A DNA stretch of 64,000 nt from Macrostomum lignano (taxonomy: Eukaryota): positions 744,001-808,000 of the forward strand of contig NIVC01000292.1 of assembly GCA_002269645.1 (NCBI GenBank), read 5' to 3'. Positions 34,351 to 47,405 of this stretch are shown here, piece by piece; position 1 is the stretch's first letter, and the number at the start of each line of letters is the position of its first letter. Below the pieces are notes generated by a model. That model was not told where the DNA came from. It saw only the letters and a program-made list of their open reading frames with translations, and made no database searches. The position numbers were made by a program, and so were the translations under genes.

Positions 34351-36399
34351 GTCTGGGATTTGGGATAAATATCCCCCCCAGACAGCTGCAGCCTCCTGAA
34401 AAATGGAATCTGTGTTTATTTCTTGTTTCTTAGCCCTCTGCCTCTCTCACGTCTCTGCTTCTGTCCGCTGCTGCTTGCGCACTGCTGTCAATTGCTGTGT
34501 ATTTTGCTTCTTGTCTTCTGCTTGCTGTGCTGTTTGTTGGCTCCCGCGTCTCTCCCCGATATCTCAAAGCTCGAAAGAAGAAAAAGAAGAAAAATGCAAC
34601 TGCATGCTTTTTTTCTGTGTACATTTTCTATTTTGCACCGCTCCGTCTGTATGTTAATAACTGTGGCAAAAAATCCAACAAAAATTGTGATAAAATATTC
34701 CGGTCCCGTCAGTACTCGAAGCCAGCTGGCTTGCTGCAACATGTCTTTATGTATTTATGTTAATTAGCTAATTAGCGTACTCAGGATCAGATATTCTCAA
34801 GATGCCCGACTGTTCCTGATGATGGAGCTCGCCACTCCCTCCTGCTGTACTCTGTTGCTGTTCCCTAACTGCTGTTGTGTTTTTAGCCATCTCCTGGGCC
34901 GGCCTGTTCACAGTTTTCAGACAGTTATTCACTGTTCCGTGTTGCTTTTGTCTTCTTTTACTGCTTGCCATTTGCGACACAGGCGGCGCAGCACAAATTA
35001 GCCCCGAGAGCTTTCCCGACCTGTTCAAATCTGCTTCACGATAATAAGTTCTTGTCGGCCTGCGTTTTTTGCTCCACAAGTTGCTTTGATGCACTGCAAA
35101 TGTTTTCCCCTCTGTCCTGTTTGTCCAAGGGCGGCCTGAGTGCAAAAGCTGAGTCGGCGGCGGTGCTCAAGAGCTGAGCAGGGGGGGGGGGGCAGCCCCC
35201 CTCCATCCTCCCGACGCCACGAGTCTGCCACGTGTAAATAGTGGAAAAATCCCCTATATCCTGTTATTGAAATCCCCAAAAAGGTTCACAATGTCTAACA
35301 GAACTCCGAAGCTGAAATTCCCCAAGTGGGATTTGAGTCGCTATACCTATAAGGATTTTAATCCCCGTGTCCAGTTCTGTAACATATCCCAAAATCTATA
35401 TCTGAAAAGGAACTTTAAGAATCCCTGGACTGAGATTCTAATCCTTTACTTAATTAATAAGATCCCTAAAAAGTGATGAAATCTGGGATCAGAGCGCTCG
35501 CGGCCCCTCAAATATTATTAATTATATTGTTACTATAAACTCACAGAGCATTTACTTATTATTATTACTAATCCGATATCGCTGTGCCTGTCTGAGTGAC
35601 AGGGTGCCTCTACTCTCCTAAGCACCGATAGTTCTCTTTCTAAGAAAACTATATAATCTTTTTTAAACGAATAATTAATTGATTTGCTGTTTTTTAGTTT
35701 TTGTTTAAGTCTGCTAAGTCAAAGCATATCAACGTGAGACTGCGACCCCTTGAGTTTTAGTATTTTTCTCTACTGAAGCGTGTAATAACTATAATAATAA
35801 ATATTTTTATACCTGAACTCATCTCTTTCAGTCTGGTGGCCCAGCCGAAGCCAACAAGCATTCGCTCCCCGCCCCTCCATATTCGCTCTTCTCTTATCGT
35901 TGTCCTGTTGTAAAAAAAGCAAATAAAATTTGCAAAAATCTAAAAAGAGAAACTCATGCTTTCTCAAATATATAGTATTATTACAGTGCTGCAGCAGCTA
36001 GCTATATAAGCAAAATGCTTTTCCAAAGCAAAAATATCATTGCAGTGTCCTTCGGCTTCCTTTCTTTCTTTTCTACTCGTATTTTGCCCTCTGCTATGAC
36101 GAAACCCTCCGTATTTGTTGTGTTTGCAATTCTCTGATGCTAAAAATAGAACTGCCGTCACGGCCGCCCCCGGCCCCCATGCGTGCCATCCCATGCAGCT
36201 CTGCAGTGCCTCCCCAGCGGGTAGAGAGAAAAGGGGGGAGATCTTAGTTCGGTTATTTGGCTGAGCAAAATGCAATTTAATAGTGCTTTGCTGGGGTATT
36301 CCTCTGCATTCCTATGGTAGTGTTTTTAATAATCATTCTACTCGTACTCAAATTTTGAGCTGAAAACTCGAATCGTTATACACGGATAATATTTTTTAT

Positions 36400-36835
36400 T
36401 CACAGACCCGATGTTTCATTCACAGACCCGATTTTTCATTCATAGACCCGATGTTGCATTCACAGACCCGATGTTTCATTCACAGACCCGATTTTTCATT
36501 CATAGACCCGATGTTGCATTCACAGACCCAATGTTTCATTCACAGACCCGATGTTTCATTCACAGACCCGATCCTTTATTCACAGACTCGATTTTTCATT
36601 CACAGACCCGATCCTTTATTCACAGACCCGATGTTTCATTCACAGACCCGATGTTTCATTCACAGACCCGATCCTTTATTCACAGACTCGATTTTTCATT
36701 CACAGACCCGATTTTTCATTCACAGACCCGATGTTTCATTCACAGACCCGATCCTTTATTCACAGACTCGATGTTTCATTCACAGACGAGTTTCATTCAC
36801 AGACACGATGCTTCATTCACAGACCCGATATTTGT
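36400..36835. repeat. Tandem repeat, 20-bp unit CACAGACCCGATGTTTCATT
   Basis: Read directly. Confidence 0.95.
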
Positions 36836-38803
36836 TTCACAGAAGTAACTTCGAAACCTCATTCACTAGACCCAAATCTTCACTCACTTTTCTCCCATTC
36901 AACTCAGCCCCTCACCCAGCCTCGCACGCATCTGTTGCCACAGCTTGCATGCCACGAAGCAAAGCGAGTATCGAGTTCTCAGTTTATTTATTACTCAAAC
37001 TTGTAAACTTGGGCGGGACCATAAAACACCGAACAAAATTCCAGTATAAGGTCAGTGAGCGGTTTTAGGTGGCTGCAGAATGGTCTGATGTAACTATAGA
37101 ATATTGCATTGGGTCCCGTGGGCGGGCGGGGGGCGCCACCCGAGTCCTTGAGTCGGTCTTCTTGTGCAGCAGCAGTTTGACCCACCTGAATGCGTGAGAA
37201 TGCGAAAGCTCGATGAGAAAGAGCTCTGCGTGCGGTTCGGCCGCCCCCCCCCCCCCTAGTCTCGAGACGGTGGGGTGGCGCTTGGCTGTAAAGCTCGTAA
37301 ACAAGAAAACAGTATTGTATTGTATAAACTGCTTCAGCAGAAATTAAGAAGATTGCCCTGCCCAGGGGGCTCACCCGGCAAAATAATGACTTGAGTCCAG
37401 TTGAAAAGTGCAGCCAAGGCAGACTGGCGGGTCCGCAGCCTCAGGTGACGCTCGTTAATCATAGTTCAACTTCTGACGAAATTTCTAAAAATATGCATGG
37501 TATCTGGCATCCACACCTGAGAGTTTTGGTACCTTTTAATAAGGAGGCACAGAAATAGATAAAAAATGCTTTTTTATCTGTCTTAATGTCATTTATTAAA
37601 TTAGAAACACGTCAGTTTAAATTTTAGCCTTACTTATTTCACTAAAAGCTTGGATTGTGTAGGTTTTAAAAATGGACTTAGTGCAGGCTGTGCAGCTTCC
37701 ATACAGAGCTTATGGTGGCTATTTTTGAGCCGGCTTCTCAGCATGGGAGGATTTGGGAGTGTTGGGCTGGGGGATTTGCAGCACTGCATTGCTCGGCAAT
37801 TGATTCATTGATCCCCAGACTGCGCAGGCCATGAACTGCAATGCACAGCCCTGAGCATGCTGGCATGGGGTTCTGCTGTCAGTGTGAGCTGCAGCTCCAG
37901 TTGAAATTTATGGCCCTGCAGCCGACTGCCCAGGGCAGCCCTGATCCCCTCTATAGGGGATTAAAGTATGGAGTCAAAGTCAAGATTAAACAAAGATATG
38001 GAGCCTGACAAATGTAAAGAAGCTATTTTTGATAAATAATTAACTTAGCTACACGGGACATCATTCTCACAATTTCCTACTATCAGCATAAAGTCAGTAG
38101 TAATGCGCAAAAATTGTTCTGCGCGAGAAACAAAAAATTTATTAAAATTTTACTATTTTAGCAGTAAAATCATTGTTTTGTCTTCTCATTGTTCTAGCCG
38201 AAAGCCATTTTTATGATTTTTTCGGCACGGGACATTGTAGCTCGTACGTAAGATATAATATTAACCTTACAATCCTTATTTTATAAACAAAAAACCAATT
38301 CATACCTAAAGATGAACATTGAGTCTGCCCGCTATCAAAGGCAATTACAAATTGAAAATGAAAATCTCCATTTTCCGTAGCGTATTTTTCGGTAACAAAG
38401 GCCTTCCAAAATTTTCCTTGAAACGAAGTTTCCAGTCCTACTTGAGTAGTCCTTGAGCAGAAGAAATTCAATTTTCGGGATTGAAAAGCTGAGATCAGCA
38501 CCTGCTGCTTCCATGTGAGAATCAGTCGGTTGCCACCTGCCTGATCGAACTTGACTCTCTTGCTGACTGACAGCTCCAGTCGAAAAGGGAACAAAGGAGG
38601 AAGGAGCGCAGTTCGTGACAAGAGTCGAGTTTCACTCTTAAAAAAGCTTCTCCTTAGGGAAATATCCGATTCGGTAAAAATTGAAGAATTTTGCAGGCTT
38701 TCTTCCGATCATCAAAGGACAATTCGGAAGTGACGAATTTAGAACGAGTATATTGGGTAGATAATTACCTTTGAATTCCAGAACGAAATTTCCGAGGCAT
38801 TAC

Positions 38804-39458
38804 TGACTCAGTGAGGAATTGACTCAGTGAGGAATTGACTCAGTGAGGAATTAATTGACTCAGTGAGGAATTGACTCAGTGAGGAATTGACTCAGTGAGG
38901 AATTGACTCAGTGAGGAATTGACTCAGTGAGTAATTGACTCAGTGAGGAATTAACTCAATGAGGAATTAATTGACTCAGTGAGGAATTGACTCAGTGAGG
39001 AATTAATTGACTCAGTGAGGAATTGACTCAGTGAGGAATTGACTCAGTGAGGAATTGACTCAGTGAGGAATTGACTCAGTGAGGAATTGACTCAGTGAGG
39101 AATTGACTCAGTGAGGAATTGACTCAGTGAGGAATTGACTCAGTGAGGAATTGACTCAGTGAGGAATTGACTCAGTGAGGAATTGACTCAGTGAGGAATT
39201 GACTCAGTGAGGAATTGACTCAGTGAGGAATTGACTCAGTGAGGAATTGACTCAGTGAGGAATTGACTCAGTGAGGAATTGACTCAGTGAGGAATTGACT
39301 CAGTGAGGAATTGACTCAGTGAGGAATTGACTCAGTGAGGAATTGACTCAGTGAGGAATTGACTCAGTGAGGAATTGACTCAGTGAGGAATTGACTCAGT
39401 GAGGAATTGACTCAGTGAGGAATTGACTCAGTGAGGAATTGACTCAGTGAGGAATTGA
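38804..39458. repeat. Tandem repeat, 16-bp unit TGACTCAGTGAGGAAT, about 40 copies
   Basis: Read directly; nearly invariant. Confidence 0.97.
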
Positions 39459-39544
39459 CACAATAAGAAGTTGACTATGTGAGGAATTTAGTTACATTTA
39501 GTCATCAGGTTATTTATAACATTTATTCTGTATTATAATAACAG

Positions 39545-39712
39545 TAAACAGCTAACAACAAAGGATTATAGCAGCTAAATCAAAGGATTATAACAGCTAA
39601 ATCAACGGATTATAACAGCTAAATCAAAAGATTATAACAGCTAAATCAAAGGATTATAGCAGCTAAATCAACGGATTACAACAACAAAAAGTAAAGGATT
39701 ATAACAACTAAA
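39545..39712. repeat. Tandem repeat, 22-bp unit ACAGCTAAATCAAAGGATTATA
   Basis: Read directly. Confidence 0.85.
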
Positions 39713-39793
39713 ATTTGATTACTGTAACAATAAACAGTAAAAATTTACAAGAGACAAAAGGTGTACAAGAGGTTCTAAAAATTCAAGAAACGG

Positions 39794-41007
39794 TCACTTC
39801 TTCCTTCCCGTCGCCGCCTCGCTGGTTGAGGCGTCCCGGCGCGTCGTCGAAGCGGCGCTCCGGTGCTGCGATCGAGAGGCTCCCCCGGACCGGACTTCCG
39901 GTAGTTCGTAGGCCACGGCTCGCTGCCGACTGCCGCTGCGACCGCGGCCGCGGCAGCGGAGCAGCTGCGTGGCGGCCTGCTTGAACTGGGCGCTGCGGGA
40001 CAGCAGCACGAAGACGCTGACGCACTGGTTCACCAGGGCCAGGCACATGCTGGAGTAGGCCAGGTTGGCCAACCTAGTTATGTAATTCTCATTCCGAAGG
40101 ATGTCCATCGTATCCAGAGCCACCTCCAAGATCGGACGGACGATCATCAGCGGCGCGTGCAGCACCAGGTAGATGCAGCCGAGAATGAGCACGATCATAG
40201 TCCCGCTCATGTCGCTTCCGCCCGGCTGTGGCTGTCCAGAGGTCAGGGCGCTGCGTTTCCTGAGCACAGTGGCAACCTTGTAGATGAGCACCAGGTCCAG
40301 CACAAGGATCACGAGAATGAACAGTGTGGGAGGATTGGAGACGATAGTCGTGAAAAACATCATGAACATCCGGGACTGCGGCAGGTGGTAGCAAGAAACG
40401 AAGGCAGCTCCCCGAGCGTATATGTACTGATGCCCGGTGAAGACGATGTTCGGCACGCAGGCGAGCGCTGCCACGAGCAGGCTGAGCAGCAGGGCTCCTC
40501 CGGCCCAGCGCCGGCCCACCTGCTTCATAGCCAGCGGTCGCAGCACCACCAGCACCCGGTCGCTGACCAGCACCAGGAGCCACAGGCAGGTCAGCAAGTG
40601 TAGAAAGTTCGTCAGGCCCTCGACGCTCTGCAGGCGATGTCGCTGAGGTTGTACAGCATGAAGGACACCCGGCCTTTGGTCAGCCACGGGAGGCCTTTGT
40701 TCACCAAGCCGAACATTCCGCCATTGACAACCAGCGACAGCAGGTCCGCAAAGGCGATGCAGCCGAGGTACAGGTTCTGCCTGGTGAGCGGCCGAAGGCG
40801 AGCCAGCATGACCACGGCAACCAGGATGTTTCCCACGGTTCCAACCAGGAGCAGCACTGGCATGACTACGGCAGACAGAGCTCCGGACACGATGGACAGG
40901 ACGCAGTTGGTCATGCGAGAGACCTTCCCGCTGGCGCAGTCTCTCACCATTCCCAGGCCGCTCTCAAGAAACTGCACTCGCAGCGGGGCGCTGACATTGA
41001 CGTTCAT
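39794..41007 (-). CDS. Class A (rhodopsin-like) GPCR, intronless, with a 1-nt frameshift near 40617 (pseudogene or sequence error)
   Basis: TM1 GN, TM2 LGCIAFADL, C3.25, SDRV at the DRY position, 7 hydrophobic segments. ORFs 40612-41007 and 39794-40687 join as RASRGLTNF if one base is added to the C-run, matching the paralog's RAARGVTNV. Confidence 0.85.
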
Positions 41008-41326
41008 TGTTCAACCGCTTTAGGCTTCAGATTGCATGGATGGCAGGTTTTCTGTTTCTTCCATCCACTGCAACTCATTTTATCTATAGTTAGGCGGCTC
41101 CGTCCTGATGTTCAAGAATCTTCGTTGATTCGTTTGAGATATCGACCAATGGTGGCTCAAGTTCCAAGCTGAACTCTGCCTCCGAGTCTTGAAGCATTCG
41201 AAGTAGAAGCTAGATGCACAAAAATGTGCTTATGGTTTGTAAGCCTATACTACTGCTAGTAGCCAGTGCTATGAATGACAATTTTAGCTTCTCCTGACGA
41301 GACTTTAAGGGCGATGATTCTTCGTA

Positions 41327-41860
41327 CTGGGATGGCGCTGTGCTGAGATGGCGCTGTGCTGAGATGGCGCTGTGTTGGAGTGGTGCTGTGCTGGGATGGC
41401 GCTGGGCTGGGATGGCGCTGTGTTGGAGTGGTGCTGTGCTGGGATGGCGCTGGGCTGGGATGGCGCTGTGTTGGAGTGGTGCTGTGCTGAGATGGCGCTG
41501 TGTTGGAGTGGCGCTGTGCTGAGATGGCGCTGTGCTGGGATGGTGCTGTGCTGAGATGGCGCTGTGTTGGAGTGGCGCTGTGTTGGAGTGGCGCTGTGTT
41601 GGAGTCGCGCTGCGCTGAGATGGCGCTGTGATGGAGTGGTGCTGTGCTGAGATGGCGCTGTGCTGGGATGGTGCTGTGCTGAGATGGCGCTGTGTTGGAG
41701 TGGCGCTGTGTTGGAGTGGCGCTGTGTTGGAGTCGCGCTGCGCTGAGATGGCGCTGTGCTGGGGTGATGCTGGGGGTTACGCTGGGTGATGCTGAGGTGC
41801 TGGGTTGATGCTGAGGTGCTGAGTTGATGCTGGGTGATGCTGTGGCGATGCTGGGGTGAT
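41327..41860. repeat. Tandem repeat, 16-bp unit GAGATGGCGCTGTGCT
   Basis: Read directly. Confidence 0.9.
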
Positions 41861-42334
41861 GCTTTTGGGCTGGTTCTTCAGGGATATTTTCAGTTCACAA
41901 GCGTAGGTGACTTTCCTTCGCCACGGGGCAATTAAAGTAGCTTGAAATAGCCCGTATTAACGTGAAAAGGTCGGCATGACAGCGCAGAATATGACATGCT
42001 CCGACTTTGAGCAGATTCGATGGGGTTGCGAGGGCGATTATTCTTCAGAAACGTTTTGTGAAATTGGAAACTCTTTAAAAAGCATAGAGAGGATGAAATT
42101 CTGTTGGCCCAAAGGCAAGCTATGAATGCCATTTGCTACTCAAGTGTGTTTAAATTTAGAATGGATTTTCTTCCCCAGAGTTTCTGCATCACTTGCGCAA
42201 GTTCGCCAGCTTATTCAAGCACTTAGGATTTGGAATTCTGAGCGTCATCGCTCCTCGGTCAGGAGAAACCGTCTGCTCTGCACACCCGGATGCTTTCGGT
42301 CGATTGAGAAATTTCTGTATTGAAAACGCTGTAT

Positions 42335-42420
42335 TGAAGCTGGTGTTGCATTGCAGCTGGTGTTGCATTGCAGCTGGTGTTGCATTGCAGCTGGTGTTGC
42401 ATTGCAGCTGGTGCTGCATT
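42335..42420. repeat. Short tandem repeat, 17-bp unit TTGCAGCTGGTGTTGCA
   Basis: Read directly. Confidence 0.85.
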
Positions 42421-43150
42421 CATTCAAGACCTCTGTGCAAAGACGACCTTAGTAGTCCTTGCTGATTTGGCTCACACGACTTTTCCGGTGTTTTAAGTCT
42501 CCCGAACACGACTGTTAACTGAACCTTTCCTTTGTAACTGAGACTAATGTTGCATGCTCATCTTAAAAAAACTCGAAGTCTATTCGTGTTTCTCAATTCG
42601 AGTCAAAGCTGCACGAACAATATTTGAGAAGTCTTCAACTCGAATCCTTGCTTGGCATCCAATCCGGAAAAAAACTAGCGCAGAACAAAGAAAATTTCGT
42701 GCACTTGGGGATGGATAAGGGATTTCAGTTCCTCCTTAGAACTTCTGCTTTAGATTTTTTTATTAGCTATGAGCTAGATTCCTTTCCGGTAGATTTAGGT
42801 GAAAGTACAATCTGGACTCCAGAAAATTAATAATTAATGATTAATAGGATTAAAGCTGATGGGGTTTAGCAGTGTCACAGAGCCAGCAACAGATTCGTCA
42901 GTTCACAGGGGCTCGGAACTCTGCCACAGATCAAGGTGCACGCGTACACAGAGACGTACACGAAGGCACACAGCTTAGAGAGGGCCTTAGATACTGGCCC
43001 TTCATTTGCACATCCCTCGACAACCCCCAGGCTCGACAACACAGCGGATTTTGTTCCGTTATTTTAGGGTGCAATTATAGAAATCTTGGTGTGCGTGCGG
43101 GTGCTCGCTAAAAGTACAACGGAAAATCTGTTGAATCTGTCAGTTGTCGT

Positions 43151-44401
43151 TCAACTCCGATCAGCCGGAGCTTCGGTGCCACGGCTTGCCAAGGCAAGAT
43201 TCGCCATCGGGATCGGCGGTCTCAGACTGACAGCTGCTGACGCCGTGTTTCGGCGCCGGGACTGACAAGGGTTCCCAGACTGGAGCTCGGGAACACCGTA
43301 GGATGAGCATCTTCTCCTCGGGCCATCGCCACCGCCGCTGCAGTGTAGCAGCTCCTTGGCGGCCTGCTTGAACTGTGCGTTGCGGGACAGCAGCACGAAG
43401 ACGCTGACGCACTGGTTCACCAGGGCCAGGCAAATGAAGGCGTAGTTCAGATTCCCAATCACGGAGATACGACTCAAATCTCCGTTGCGGCCGAGATTGT
43501 CGAAGGCGAATTCCAGCATCGGCCTGGCAACAATCAGCGGTGCGTGCAGCGCCAGGTACGCGCACCCGATGATGAGCACCACCACAGTGCCGCTCGTGGC
43601 CGCGCCCCTGGCCTGCTGCTGGCCGGAGGTCAGGGAGCGCCGTACTTTGAGCGCAGAGCTGACCTTGTAGATCAACAGCAAGTCCAGCAGCAGGATGATG
43701 AAGATGAACACTGTCGGAGGATAGGAGACGATCAGCGTGTAGAACAGCATGAACTCACGGGCATGCGGAGCCGTGTAGCAGTAGATGAGCGCGGTGCGAG
43801 GAAAATAGACGTATTGGTGGCCTGTCAGCAGACTGCTTGGCAATGCGATGAGCACCGTGCCGAGCAGGCTGAGCAGCAGGGCTCCTCCAGCCCAGCGCCG
43901 GCCAACCTGCTTCATGGCCAGCGGCCGCAGCACCACCAGCACCCTGTCGCTGACCAGCACCAGGAGCCACAGGCAGGTCAGCACCTGCAGTACATTTGTT
44001 ACTCCTCGCGCAGCTCTGCAGCCGGCATCGCTCAGGTTGTAGAGCATAAAGGACACTCGACCTCTGGTCACCCACGGCAGGCCCTTGTTCAGCAGACCGT
44101 TGAATATGCCGTTGAAAACCAGCGATATCAGGTCCGCGATGGCGATGCAGCCGAGGTACAGGTTCTGCCTGGTGAGCGGTCTCAGCCGAGCCAGCATGAT
44201 GTGAGCTACGAGCACGTTGCCCAGGACTCCAATGAGCAGCAGCAGCGGTACGAGCACAGCTGACAAGGCTCCAGATACGATGGACAAGGCGCATGTGATC
44301 GTCCGGGAGGCCTGTCCACTTTCGCAATTGGCCATCATTCTCATTCCCGTCTCCAGGAACCGCATCCGCAGCTCGCTGCTCGCATTGCCGCCGTCAGTCA
44401 T
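43151..44401 (-). CDS. Class A GPCR, intronless, intact (about 416 aa from the ATG at 44401)
   Basis: Seven TM segments; GVLGN, LGCIAIADL, SDAGC, SDRV; close paralog of 39794-41007. Confidence 0.9.
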   Translation of the reverse strand: MTDGGNASSELRMRFLETGMRMMANCESGQASRTITCALSIVSGALSAVLVPLLLLIGVLGNVLVAHIMLARLRPLTRQNLYLGCIAIADLISLVFNGIFNGLLNKGLPWVTRGRVSFMLYNLSDAGCRAARGVTNVLQVLTCLWLLVLVSDRVLVVLRPLAMKQVGRRWAGGALLLSLLGTVLIALPSSLLTGHQYVYFPRTALIYCYTAPHAREFMLFYTLIVSYPPTVFIFIILLLDLLLIYKVSSALKVRRSLTSGQQQARGAATSGTVVVLIIGCAYLALHAPLIVARPMLEFAFDNLGRNGDLSRISVIGNLNYAFICLALVNQCVSVFVLLSRNAQFKQAAKELLHCSGGGDGPRRRCSSYGVPELQSGNPCQSRRRNTASAAVSLRPPIPMANLALASRGTEAPADRS

Positions 44402-44879
44402 GGTGGAGGTGGTTCTGCTCTGTGCTCTGGCAGACAAACTGACAAAGGCAGACAGACGCTATTTACTTGGGTTACTCGCCATTTTTTTCGTGGAATCGCC
44501 CAACCAATCATGAGTGAGTTTGTTGAGAGTTCAGGACCTCCTCTGGTACGATTGAAAACCACTAATGACTATATGAGCGTATCTCTTATACTATAACAAT
44601 AAACATTACTTAAGAATGCAATAGCACTTTACACCGGACAGCTTCATCCTGACTCAATGGGGCAAAACACGAACCCTAAATTTCATAAACAGTTAATACT
44701 TTAGATGCTAAGAAATTTCGGGTTTACGGAATTTAGAGGAAGTGAAAGATGTCAAAAAATCGTTTTTAGGCCTTAGTGTGAAATTTCTGGGGTTGTGAAA
44801 TTTAGGGTATATCACATTAGGGGTTATGATAATATCAGGGGCTCTGTAGACACCCCATTACGAAATATGCATTACCTCG

Positions 44880-45530
44880 TATAGAGGCTCCTTTGCAAAA
44901 AGATAGCAGTTGGATCAGAGTGTAACTGACAACAAGCATCAAGTCCGAAATCACTGTCAAGGTTCGCATGCAGGTTCAATCTGGAGATATCGGTTCGAGC
45001 AGGAAAGGGTGGGAAAAATGAAAAAGTCGGAGTTGAGTTACACTGAGATGCATCCAAAAACAGAAATATTGAATATTTCCAGATTTATGAACCGGGACAA
45101 TGCGCGGAAAAAAGTCGGTTTCTGCATTTCTGAGCTGCCATCATGCCATGTATCCGGAAGAGATCCTTGGACGAGAAGTGATTCACAGAGCATATCCGCC
45201 CAGGTGAATCAGAGCGCATCAAATAAACATTCTGCACAGGGATCTGAATGGTGATAATTCTATTCTGACAGAGGCATTGCCAAGATCATCGGTTGGTTTT
45301 GTCTCAGCTTGAAATGACGTACCAATATTACGAGCTCAAGGACCAGAAGTTGCCGGACTGAATCCACAACTTTGAGATGCTGCCTCTGTCGAGAGGAGCT
45401 TTGTCGAATGCTTATCGTTACTATATGATGAAGAACCCGAGCGAGCGAGCTGACGTTTCTGAGCTGTTGAAACGCGAGCTCCTAATGGATGCGACGTCAT
45501 CAGTAAGGCCGTAATATTCCTACAAAACAG
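44880..45530 (+). pseudogene. Decayed protein-kinase domain, related to the kinase exon at 63754
   Basis: Across frames, with stops: RGSFAK (G-loop remnant), TVKV (subdomain II), ILHRDLNGDN at 45229-45258 (VIb), DRGIAKIIG (VII), KNPSERADVSELLK (XI), in the correct order. Confidence 0.65.
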
Positions 45531-46061
45531 GGGGCAGCTGCGTATGCCGGGTACTTGATGTCGCTTCAAAAGTACCTGAATTAACAATAGCAAACACTTC
45601 TTACCTGCGTAACCTGTCTCTCGTCTCTCATGTACCTGCAAGAGAGCTTTCTGAACTCGCGTAACTCAAAGTACTTGTATGTAAGTCGGACTTCAAATAA
45701 AAAGTTCTCAGTTTTGTTATCCAATCTCTCAGCTTCGGCACTGCTAGAATACGCATGGAGCAGTCATGCGTTTTGTATTGGCATCTTCACAGGTTCACAA
45801 GTCCACTAAGTGTTCCAATGCATTCCTTGCGTTGCTTTGTTCTCCTTCCTGCGGTGCCAAAATGAATGCCTGCGGTGCCTAAATCAGTGACTGCGACACC
45901 AAAATAGAGTGACTGCGGTCATTATGCTCTAAAGTACGTATAATCTTCTTATCAAGTGGTAAAAGCACGAGGGTCTTGCTTATTGACTGGCGGAAAGCTA
46001 GAATCAGTGGGGAATATGTTTCATACCCCCATTTCCCAGACACCTTTGTCCAGACACCAAA

Positions 46062-46460
46062 TGCAAGCAGTTGCATTTGACATCCTGCAAGCAGTTGAAT
46101 TTGACATCCTGCAAGCAGTTGAATTTGACATCCTGCAAGCAGTTGAATTTGACATCCTGCAAGCAGTTGAATTTGACATCCTGCAAGCAGTTGAATTTGA
46201 CATCCTGCAAGCAGTTGAATTTGACATCCTGCAAGCAGTTGAATTTGACATCCTGCAAGCAGTTGAATTTGACATCCTGCAAGCAGTTGAATTTGACATC
46301 CTGCAAGCAGTTGAATTTGACATCCTGCAAGCAGTTGAATTTGACATCCTGCAAGCAGTTGAATTTGACATCCTGCAAGCAGTTGAATTTGACATCCTGC
46401 AAGCAGTTGAATTCGACATCCTGCAAGCAGTTGAATTTGACATTCTGCACGCAGTTGAAC
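46062..46460. repeat. Tandem repeat, 24-bp unit GCAGTTGAATTTGACATCCTGCAA
   Basis: Read directly. Confidence 0.95.
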
Positions 46461-46673
46461 TCATCTACATAATCCAATGAAAAGGAAAGGCACTGATGAA
46501 ATAATAATGAAAAAAAAATAAAAAAAAACAATAATGAAATGCAACCAATGAAAGGTAATGAAAAGGCACTTCTACATTATTCTGTGTTTGTCCCAGGTTG
46601 ATATAGATATCGAGCATCGAGCTCCGGCTGCTGAGTTCCTCGAGCTTAAGGCGAGGGCAGCTGTGGTCGTGGC

Positions 46674-46676
<3 letters not shown>

Positions 46677-46713
<37 letters not shown>

Positions 46714-46714
46714 C

Positions 46715-46770
<56 letters not shown>

Positions 46771-46793
46771 CAGTAGTAGTAGTAGTAGTAGTA
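46677..46793. repeat. (AGT)n microsatellite
   Basis: Read directly. Confidence 0.95.
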
Positions 46794-47405
46794 TTAGAAA
46801 TCAATCAATAAAGTCACCACAATCTCTTTCAAGAAAGTGTCACACATCTTGTAAGATCCTGATGCGCTGGGACAAGATCTGCTAAGATAGGGTGAACAGG
46901 TTCTTCTCTAGGGAGGCAGTTATGACTATTTATTTAAATATAACGTCCGCATTCTGCATCTGGACTCTAATATACGTATCAACATATATTAATCCAATAA
47001 AGCGTAATTGAATGTATCACTGCTTTTTATTAGTACGAGTATATAACAGATTTATTCAAAAAGGAACGAGCTTACGATTGATGCTCGTGACGATTAGTTT
47101 GATTGAAAATTAGTGTAGAGTTCTTGAGAGTTACGAGCGTACATCTACGTCTTACACACAGGAGGGTAAATAAAGATTTGGATTTGAAAGGTAACAGTCG
47201 CCATCGAACCATCCTTAACTAAGGAATAATAGCTGAAGCGTCCAGAAGACATCATGAATTTAGGGTTCGCAAGGACTTCGTATTTAACAGAACACCGACA
47301 TTCACCGAGATTTAAAAGCTAAATTTGAGATACTGAATCTGAATATTGCTGGTTACTGTTAAATAATACGAGCTATTTGCCAAAAGTTCAGAGATCTGCC
47401 ACACC

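Noticed and set aside
45956-46531. VEFDILQA and related 8-aa repeat ORFs open in several frames
   Set aside because: 24-bp unit keeps frames open trivially; the + frame has only a GTG start; no flanking domain.
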